In this document: in pieces, positions 1 to 7,250 of the stretch
Position numbering within the stretch: the first letter of the stretch is position 1
Layout of the letters: every line of letters starts with the position of its first letter
Source: Octopus sinensis
Lineage: Eukaryota
Length of the DNA: 8,833 bases
Direction of reading: 5' to 3'
Assembly (NCBI RefSeq): GCF_006345805.1
Contig: NW_021828262.1
Location: forward strand, 1-8,833
Notes under the pieces: generated by a model
Databases searched by the model: none
What the model saw: only the letters and a program-made list of their open reading frames with translations
Told to the model about the DNA's origin: nothing
Made by a program: the position numbers and the translations under genes

Positions 1-176
1 GTGCCTAAAGCCAGCTGGAGACGATGATCTCCTGGGCTAAAAGCTACAGTAACACCCACCCTTAGTGGTTAGCCATATTGAGATGGCTAGTATACTTTAC
101 GTTGTCGTGCAGTTACTGTTTACATCTCGTTCAGAGATTTATTATTGCTTAAAAATAAACTATTTGCAGAAGAAAA

Positions 177-410
177 CAAACTGTTCGCCGAGAGCTGCAC
201 AAGTCCTGATTTTATGGGGGTGGGGGCTGCAATCAGGAAACCACTATTTAGCGTTTAGATTGGAATAAAAATAGGTCCCTAGAGCAGTGGAAAAATGCTC
301 TTTTCTCGGACAAGTCATCCTTTACCTTATTTCCAATCACCGGCCGAGTATACGTGCGGAGACAGCCAAAAGAAACGTTTGACTCAGATTGCATTCTTCC
401 AACTGTTAAG
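177..410 (+). mobile_element. Tc1/mariner-superfamily transposase relic (frameshifted, with a stop codon; helix-turn-helix/linker region through the first catalytic Asp of the DDE domain)
   Basis: Manual translation gives QTVRRELHKS*FYG (177-218), then after a frameshift AAIRKPLF (226-249), then SLEQWKNALFSDKSSFTLFPITGRVYVRRQPKETFDSDCILPTVK (276-410). This matches the Tc1 pattern TVRR.L...G......KP.L / W..VLFSDES.F / GR..VWR...E / C..PTVK. Similarity stops just before the expected (H)GGG motif. No terminal inverted repeats seen. Confidence 0.88.
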
Positions 411-506
411 GTGGCTGTAGGGACAATTAGAAGTAAGGGTTTTAGCTTCTGCGTTATCTGTGGCAATAGAGGTTGAAGTAATAATGTTTGTAATGGCACA
501 TGGCTT

Positions 507-539
507 TTATTATTGTTATTATTATTATTATTATTATTA
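507..539. repeat. (TTA)n microsatellite
   Basis: About 11 TTA units with one TTG variant, directly upstream of the SINE at 541. Confidence 0.95.
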
Positions 540-540
540 A

Positions 541-922
541 GCGCAGGAGTGGCTGTGTGGTAAGTAGCTTGCTAACCAACCACATGGTTCCGGGTTCAGT
601 CCCACTGCGTGGCATCTTGCACAAGTGTCTTCTGCTATAGCCCCGAGCCGACTAATTCTTTGTGAGTGCATTTGGTAGACGGAAACTGAAAGAAGCATGT
701 CGTATATATGTATATATGTGTGTATGTGTTTGTGTGTCTGTGTTTGTCCCCCTAGCATTGCTTGACAACCGATGCTGGTGTGTTTACGTCCCCGTCACTT
801 AGCGGTTCGGCAAAAGAGAGCGATAGAATAAGTACAAAGAATAAGTCCCGGGGGTCGATTTGGTCGACTAAAGGCGTTGCTCCAGCATGGCCGCAGTCAA
901 ATGACCGAAACATGTAAAAGAG
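541..922 (+). mobile_element. tRNA-derived SINE, CORE-like (octopus OR2-type by recollection)
   Basis: A-box-like TGGCTGTGTGG (550-560) and B-box-like GGTTCAGTCCC (593-603). A CORE-like segment GGCATCTTGCACAAGTGTCTT follows, then an internal TA/TG tract (about 702-745) and a 3' tail GGCGTTGCTCCAGCATGGCCGCAGTCAAATGACCGAAAC ending in purine-rich TAAAAGAG. The tail recurs at 7661 and 7871. No clear TSD. The family name is from memory. Confidence 0.85.
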
Positions 923-1422
923 AGGAAAACTAAAAGAGTAAAGACTTAGACAAGGGCTATTAAATAGTAGCATCCAAATTTAGCGGTAAGAGTGGCTGAA
1001 GTAGTCTCGCGATTAGAAACAACAGACACATGGACTAGTTGAAGAAATAGTGGTAAACACAGAAGCCGTAGTTATAGTGATATTGGTTCCTCTATTTAAT
1101 CTGTATGCCTGAGTGTAGTTGCTATAGCGACAAACAACACGGACAGGTGCAAGATTAGGAGTAGCAGCAGATGTAATACAGGATAAGCAACATCACCTTT
1201 CAGGAGCAGGAGTGATAATATGCGTTGTCATTTCTCTCTCCCAGTATATTCGATAAGTTTGGTTATGTTTGTTGTTTCATTTTAAATCGTGACTGGTGTG
1301 ACGTGCCATCGGCAAAATGATATTCGGGAAATATCATCATAAAAGATGATTGGTTCTTAGCGGAACGTGGATCTATAGGTACACCAAGTGCTGTTTGGTG
1401 TATACAATATTGTTACGTTATT

Positions 1423-2183
1423 GAAGGCGAGGGGCTGGGAGAAATGGTAACACGCCGGGCGAAATGTTTAGCGGTATTTCGTCTGCCGTTACGTTCTGAG
1501 TTCAAATTCCGCCGAGGTCGACTTTGCCTTTCATTCTTTCGGGGTCGATTAAATAAGTACCAGTTACGCACTGGGGTCGATATAATCGACTTAATCCGCT
1601 CGTCTGTCCTTGTTTGTTCTCTCTGTGTTTAGCCCCTTGTGGGTAGTAAAGAAATAGGTATTTCGTCTGCAGCTACGTTCTGAGTTCAAATTCCGCCGAG
1701 GTCGACTTTGCCTTTCATCCTTTCGGGGTCAATTAAATAGGTACCAGTTATGCACTGGGGTCGATATAATCGACTTAATCCGTTTGTCTGTCCTTGTTTG
1801 TTCTCTCTGTGTTTAGCTCTTTGTGGGTAGTAAAGAAATAGGTATTTCGTCTGCTGTTACGTTCTGAGTTCAAATTCTGCCGAGGTCGATTTTACCTTTC
1901 ATCCTTTTGTGGTCGATTAAATAAGTACCAGTTACGCAGTGGAGTCGCTATAATCGACTTAATCCGTCTGTCAGTCCTTGTTTGTCTCCTCTGTGTTTAG
2001 CCCTTTGTGGGTAGTAAAGAAATAGGTATTTCGTCTGTCTTTGCATTCTGAGTTCAAATTCCACCGAGGTTGACTTTAACTTTCGAGGTCGGTAAGTTAA
2101 ATACCAGTTGCGTACTGAAGTCGGTCTAGTCGACTGGCAGCCTCCCTAAAAGTTTCGGGCCTTGTGCCTAGGGTGGAAAAGAT
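1423..2183 (+). mobile_element. Multimeric tRNA-derived SINE (Meta-domain-like): one head, three 184-bp body+tail-A units, and one terminal body+tail-B unit
   Basis: The head GGCGAGGGGCTGGGAGAAATGGTAACACGCCGGGCGAAATG is homologous to the heads at 5449 and 7021. Units start with GGTATTTCGTCTG at 1473, 1657, 1841 and 2025 (exact 184-bp period). Each has a B-box-like GAGTTCAAATT and a GTCGACTTTGCCTTTCATCCTTTCGGGGTCGA-type core. A 15-bp direct repeat TATTGTTACGTTATT flanks the whole structure (1408-1422 and 2184-2198). Confidence 0.92.
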
Positions 2184-2499
2184 TATTGTTACGTTATTAA
2201 CATAAGCAGAATTACAAATCGAACCTATCTCGACCTTTGGTGAAAATGCCGTTCTTTGACCTTTCGAAGACCTAAATACAAACACTGACGATGCTTCGAA
2301 CAATTTGTATTTAAGTGTTAATTATCAACTGAAATTACTTGATACGAAGCACAGTACATTTCTGTTCTTGTGGATAACATTTTACTAGAAGTGTTTGCAT
2401 GAAAAAACTCCAACTGAAGTTTACAAGAAAACCTCGGCACATTACGATATATTCCCTAGAGCATTAAAAGAACTTGTATAAAAATAATGATTTTGTATT

Positions 2500-2876
2500 G
2501 TATCTATGCATACATACATGCACATAGACATACAAACAGACAAACACACGCGCACACACACTCACACGCGTATACACGCATTTACACATGCATACACACA
2601 CATGTACACGCACAGATGCTCTGTCTGTCTGTCTGTCTTTCTTTCGCATTGTCACTTGCGCACGGGCATATGTGTGTATATTTGCATTTAAAACATGAAG
2701 ACAAAACTTTATATGATGTTTATGTGTAGGGAATATGCATAAAAATATATATTTATTGGCGCACATGCATATATATACATATAACCCTACATGCAAATAT
2801 ACATGCATACATCCATCAATCTATACATACATACAAACATACATAAATACACACACATATATATATATATATATAT
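2500..2876. repeat. Compound low-complexity tract: (CA)n, (TA)n, (TACA)n, (CTGT)n
   Basis: Mostly alternating purine-pyrimidine simple repeats, ending in a pure (TA)n run at about 2858-2876. Confidence 0.9.
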
Positions 2877-3031
2877 AAATAAATGAAAGAATGGAGTTGA
2901 ACGACGATTTAACAAAATTCCTTTATTCTCGACATATGTTTCGAAGACTGCATATTCCTAATTTCGATACATATGTCGAGAATAAAGGAATTTTGTTAAA
3001 TCGTCGTTCAACTCCATTCTTTCATTTATTT
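2877..3031. repeat. Long fold-back inverted repeat with perfect 63-bp arms; probable Penelope-like-element pLTR remnant
   Basis: 2877-2939 is the exact reverse complement of 2969-3031. Pairing extends to 69 bp with one T:T mismatch (2940/2968), leaving a 17-nt loop (2946-2962). The inverted repeat is seen directly; the Penelope origin is inferred. Confidence 0.93.
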
Positions 3032-3199
3032 GTTTTAAAAAAAACACAAATTTCCACACGAAAGCACGTGATCTCGGCCTTTGGCATGTAGCTTCAACCG
3101 TGTTTTTCTGACGTGATTTTGCTACCCGGGTATCGGTTAACCGAATTATCCATACTAGGATAATTCTTTCAACTACTTAAATATATATATATATATATC

Positions 3200-3343
3200 C
3201 CTTTGGGTGCACCTTGAGCAAGCCCAGCTGTTTTATCGAACAGGCAGCACCCCTCGGTAGCAAAGCCAGGCAAGAGATTTCTGCGAGTTATCCATAGGCG
3301 CAGGCCCGAAAGTCCTCCGAAAAAGACCGATTATTCGATCTTC
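3200..3343 (-). mobile_element. L1/Tx1-clade LINE ORF2 fragment (zf-RVT-like region), degenerate
   Basis: Minus-strand translation is EDRIIGLFRRTFGPAPMDNSQKSLAWLCYRGVLPVR*NSWACSRCTQR. The K.LAW....G.LPV motif followed by CxxC resembles the zinc-binding region C-terminal to RT in L1/Tx1 ORF2. It is a GC-richer island with pure (TA)n on the left and a short TA-rich patch on the right. Confidence 0.7.
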
Positions 3344-3359
3344 ACATACATATATGTAG

Positions 3360-3459
3360 ATGACTATGAACGGTCTATGAAAACATGCATGTTCCAACAC
3401 GTGACCACTGTTATCAGTCTTAGTAACAATATCGCTGAAATCTCTGAGCGAATTTACAA
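3360..3459 (+). CDS. Candidate 100-bp internal coding exon of an unidentified gene
   Basis: AG at 3358-3359 (weak polypyrimidine tract) and a consensus GTGAGT donor at 3460-3465. One frame is stop-free across the exon: DYERSMKTCMFQHVTTVISLSNNIAEISERIY. No recognisable domain. Confidence 0.3.
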
Positions 3460-3519
3460 GTGAGTATTATAAGACATTTTCATTGTTTATATATTCAACA
3501 TATAGAATCATTATATCTA

Positions 3520-3658
3520 TGTGTGTGCTATTTTCCTACCAGTCTCATATATATGTATGGATATCTATGCAGATAAGACCAGCTCAATTTCACACTCTGT
3601 ATATAATATATTATACTTATATATAATATATACATATATATATAATATATACACAACA

Positions 3659-3709
<51 letters not shown>

Positions 3710-3871
3710 AATAGATATGTGTATATATATCATATAATATAAATATATATGTGTGTATACGTGCGTGCGTGTTTAAGTATATATGCATATGTAAAGATAT
3801 ATATATATATATATTATTCATTATACATATAATTATCTATCGCTGTAATGTATGTGTTTATATATATATAG

Positions 3872-3926
<55 letters not shown>

Positions 3927-4140
3927 GATACATGTATATATCTAATCTATATCTATCTATATATAGACATGTACCTATATATATATATATTATATATATA
4001 ATACACACACACACACTATACACACACCACACATATATATATATATATATACACAGACAAATATGTATATATACGTTACACACACAATCGTTTACGTATA
4101 TACGTATGTGTGATTTACGCGTGATGTTACTCTACATATA
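3520..4140. repeat. Long compound (TA)n-dominated microsatellite tract
   Basis: Several (TA)n runs with interspersed (CA)n, (TG)n and TAGA/TATC units. Confidence 0.93.
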
Positions 4141-4394
4141 AGTAGATAACTGAATGGGGATGACTGATTTCTTTGCAGCGTCTGATTTCAATCAAGCTGA
4201 ATTTCTGCTTTCATGGTTGATATCCGTATAATTGAATACGATTCCTTATTATTTAAGTCTTTAATGAAGTTCTTTTGTGTTCAAACTTTCTGATCTTGGC
4301 TCTTTTGACGTTCTGATTATATCAAACTTCACTGAGCCATTGAGTAGGACAAACAGCTTTATATGTTCATCTATCCTCCTGTTATTATCTACGT

Positions 4395-4398
4395 ATGC

Positions 4399-4436
<38 letters not shown>

Positions 4437-4519
4437 CATATATATATATACATACATATATACATATATATTATATATTTATATATATATATATGTATAA
4501 TATATTAGCATATATCGGA

Positions 4520-4559
<40 letters not shown>

Positions 4560-4603
4560 AATCAATGTATCTATATGTCTGTCTATGTCTCCCTATACAC
4601 ATA

Positions 4604-4635
<32 letters not shown>

Positions 4636-4860
4636 GCACACAAGCATATATATAATCCTTATACAGATATATTGATGCGTGCGTATGTATATACGAGCAG
4701 AGGTATGTTTATAATATATACTTAAAGAAATACGTATGTATATATATATATATATATACATAAGAATACACACATGCAAACATATATATAACATATATAT
4801 ATATATAGATATATATATATATATAACGCATAAATATATACATATACATACATAGCGGAT
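4395..4860. repeat. Compound microsatellite tract: (TA)n, (TATC)10, (CA)n, (TACA)n
   Basis: (TA)n from about 4401, (TATC)x10 at 4520-4559, (CA)n at about 4604-4640, and further TA runs to about 4850. Confidence 0.93.
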
Positions 4861-4981
4861 TATGTAGCAATATTATATCTTGAACATACTGATAACGATA
4901 TAGTCACATAGCTATTGAGGAGTTAAAAATCTTTAATTATCTCATTACTAGCTGGGTGTATAATTTCTCATTTGTGTTCAG

Positions 4982-5014
4982 CGGAGAGGATGATCACATA
5001 GTCATTTTGAAAAG
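4982..5014 (+). CDS. Candidate 33-bp micro-exon
   Basis: Good acceptor TAATTTCTCATTTGTGTTCAG (AG at 4980-4981) and a moderate donor AAAG|GTGATG (GT at 5015-5016). It reads GEDDHIVILK in phase 2, which is compatible with the phase-2 end of the 3360-3459 candidate. Confidence 0.2.
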
Positions 5015-5448
5015 GTGATGTGGCGTACATACTTATTTATAGTTACCCAATAGACAAACATACACATGCATGTATATATATATATATATATAATAGACGT
5101 AAATCCCATATAAAGATAGATATACATTCGTATAGAAGGCCGTATATAAACAAGTTGACTCGTTACTCGTTACTTCAGTTCTATTCCCGTTGTATGGCCT
5201 GTCGTTTTTTATCTCTTATTTTCCATTTCAAAGGGGTATAAACAATCTCTTTGTCCCAATATCTCTACAAATATATTACAATATATATACTGTTAAACAA
5301 TATTTGTTTTATGTGTCGTTTTATGTGTCGTGTCGTCTTAGATAAGCCTTGATTTCTGATCTGTGGCAATGTAGATATATATTCGTGACGATATCTTAAG
5401 TTCATTTTGTTTCTGATCCTGCTTTAGTCAAGATTACCTTCTTTTTAA

Positions 5449-5664
5449 GGCGACGAGCTGGCAGAAACGGTTGCATGCATAGCGAAGTGCTTAGCGAAAT
5501 TTCGTCTGTATTTACGAACTAAGTTCAAATTCAGCCCAACTCGACTTTGGTTTTCATCCTTCCGGAGTCGATAAGATAAGTACCAGTTCGGTACTGGGGT
5601 CGATCTAATCAACTGGTTCCCTCCCGAAACATTTCGAGCGTTCTGCCTACAGTAGAAAATAATT
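5449..5664 (+). mobile_element. Meta-like SINE monomer with tail B (diverged copy)
   Basis: Head GGCGACGAGCTGGCAGAAAC, B-box-like AAGTTCAAATT and core CTCGACTTTGGTTTTCATCCTTCCGGAGTCGATAAGATAAGTACC. Its tail CCCTCCCGAAACATTTCGAGCGTTCTGCCTACAGTAGAAAATAATT is homologous to 2140-2187. Confidence 0.88.
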
Positions 5665-6558
5665 CTGGCAGAAAGGTAAAACAGTTACTTTTCACACAGA
5701 AGCTGAATGCCAAATTCCCGTTTTATCTAAATGAATGTTGTCACAGCTCCCAGATTTTTGAAATGGTCCCCTCCTCGATAAGGCGATTTTATTCTTTACC
5801 AATGGACCCCTTTTTCACACGTTCATTTAGCAATTTAAGACATATATATCTATAATTATACTGAGTTATCAGAATAATTCTATTGTTTCATTTCTTTTCT
5901 GTTTACATCCATAGTTTCCTATGCTATTTCCACCAATAGAAAAAGTATTTTTATTGAAGTCTTTTGTACTTTATGTTGCTCGATCCTTTCTCTATATCTT
6001 TTGCGTATAACATTTGAAACTTCAGGATCTTTTAACTCTTTATAGACATTTAACGTTGGAACGGCAAGTAAGAAAAATATACATTTTAATCTGACAGTGT
6101 AATATATAACTATATACGGATATATTTTATTCTGCATCTAATTAATCGTTTGAGCAAAGCTCATGGCCTTCTGATAATATATTTTCCGAACCTGATATGG
6201 TCTTTGGGGCTTTTGTCTTGAAAATTAGCTCGATCTGTTCGCTGATCTATCGAATACAGCTGCCAATGTTACCTGAAACGAAGTTATACTGTTAAGATAA
6301 TGGCATATAAGGAAATATAATCTACAGTGCGTGTTGCTGAACAATATATCCTTCAAAATATACCAAATCATCTTTAATAAGTGTCCCCTTAGATAATTTA
6401 ATGTAAACTGATCACTTGGTTACGGTGATCGCAGCTTAAATGTCATTTGCTTTTAGTAAGGGGTCGTTTAAGTGTACTTTTGAGACCCGGTTCACAGCTC
6501 CAACATCAAAATGTCAAATTCATGAAGAACGCCAACCTTGCCATCTTAATATTAATAG

Positions 6559-6768
6559 TAATCCTTTCCATTAGAGGCACAACGCCCGAAATTTGAGGCA
6601 GGGAGATGATCAATTACATCGACCCCTTGACTGGTACTTAATTTATCGATCTCGAAAAGATGACAGGTAGAGTCGAACTCGGCGGAATTTGAACACAGAA
6701 CAAAATGACGGCAAAATAGCACTAAGAATTTCGTCTAACGTGCTAACGATTATTGCCAGCTCGCTTCC
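6559..6768 (-). mobile_element. Meta-like SINE monomer with tail B (diverged copy, minus strand)
   Basis: The reverse complement reads ...GCGAGCTGGCAATAATCGTTAGCACGTTAGACGAAATTCTTAGTG...GTTCAAATTCCGCCGAGTTCGACTCTACCTGTCATCTTTTCGAGATCGATAAATTAAGTACCAGTCAAGGGGTCGATGTAATTGATC...AAATTTCGGGCGTTGTGCCTCTAATGGAAAGGATT. This is collinear with the other copies. Confidence 0.87.
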
Positions 6769-6865
6769 ATCTTTACTATTAATAATAATAAAAGCGATCA
6801 GTTGACAGAACTGTTACAACACCAGGCAAAATTCTTTGCGGCATTTCATTCATCTTTCCGTAGCA

Positions 6866-7020
6866 GCCACAACATCAACAGAAAAAGCAACATTAACACC
6901 ACCACCACCAGCAACAACAACAACAGTAACGATAGCAACAGCAACAACAACATTATCAACAACAAGAATAACAACAGAAACAGGAACAACACCAATAGCA
7001 ACAATATTATGAACAACAAA
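6866..7020. repeat. Degenerate (AAC/AGC/ACC)n trinucleotide tract, continuing at 7251-7295 after the SINE
   Basis: CAACAACAA/CAGCAACAA periodicity. It gives rise to the poly-Asn ORF (6802-7146 +) and the poly-Leu ORF (6846-7100 -). Confidence 0.9.
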
Positions 7021-7250
7021 TGCGTTGAGCTGGCAGAAACGTTAGCACACCGGGCGAAATGCGTAGCCGTATTTCGTCTGCCGCTATGTTCTGAGTTCAA
7101 ATTCCGCCGAGGTCCACTTTGCCTTTTATCCTTTCAGGTTCGATAATTAAAGTACCAGTTACGCACTGGGGTTGATGTAATCGACTTAATACGTTTGTCT
7201 GTCCTTGTTTGTCCCCTCTATGTTTAGCCCCTTGTGGGCAATAAAGAAAT
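7021..7250 (+). mobile_element. Meta-like SINE monomer with tail A and a 17-bp TSD
   Basis: Head (T)GCGTTGAGCTGGCAGAAACGTTAGCACACCGGGCGAAATG, a body like the 184-bp units, and tail A ending GGGCAATAAAGAAAT. A perfect direct repeat ATATTATGAACAACAAA lies at 7004-7020 and 7251-7267. Confidence 0.93.

Noticed and set aside
1-176. Possible repeat 3' portion with a 7-bp hairpin TAGCCAT/ATGGCTA (70-89)
   Set aside because: The window edge truncates it, it has no internal homologue in the window, and I cannot assign a family without a search.
541-612. tRNA gene (also considered for the heads at 1426, 5449, 6768 and 7021)
   Set aside because: A/B-box-like motifs are present, but there is no complete cloverleaf and each head runs straight into a SINE body.
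1226-1402. Acceptor-like TTTCTCTCTCCCAG and small hairpins (TGATATT/AATATCA 1318-1336; TACACCAA/TTGGTGTA 1380-1402)
   Set aside because: All frames stop within about 75 bp, and 7-8-bp stems are expected by chance in AT-rich DNA.
1473-2183. Regular 184-bp repeats as a CRISPR array or classical satellite
   Set aside because: There are no unique spacers, the units are homologous to dispersed SINE copies in the same window, a TSD flanks the array, and the context is eukaryotic.
2877-3031. Pre-miRNA or bacterial terminator interpretation of the long hairpins
   Set aside because: Near-perfect arms of 63-75 bp are atypical of animal pre-miRNAs, which have bulges, and far too long for intrinsic terminators. 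An inverted duplication explains them more simply.
4161-4231. Branch point plus acceptor TGACTGATTTCTTTGCAG at 4161-4178
   Set aside because: Joining it to the 3360-3459 candidate gives an immediate TGA, the other frames stop within about 55 bp, and there is no convincing donor.
2464-4794. Track ORFs rich in Y/I/H/T/C/V (e.g. 2464-2808, 3528-3821, 4277-4675), and likewise 7815-8350
   Set aside because: They are translations of (TA)n/(CA)n/(TG)n tracts, which lack stop codons.
5159-5336. Short tandem duplications CTCGTTA x2 and GTTTTATGTGTC x2
   Set aside because: These are ordinary slippage-type micro-duplications with no further structure.
5915-6067. 153-bp plus-strand exon with a strong acceptor (…TTTACATCCATAG) and a GTAAGA donor
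   Set aside because: All three frames contain stops (5937-5939, 6008-6010, 6043-6045), so it is not a coding internal exon. A non-coding exon cannot be excluded without RNA data.
6802-7146. 114-aa poly-Asn ORF and the antisense poly-Leu ORF
   Set aside because: An (AAC)n tract reads through into a SINE that has a clear TSD; there is no coding evidence.
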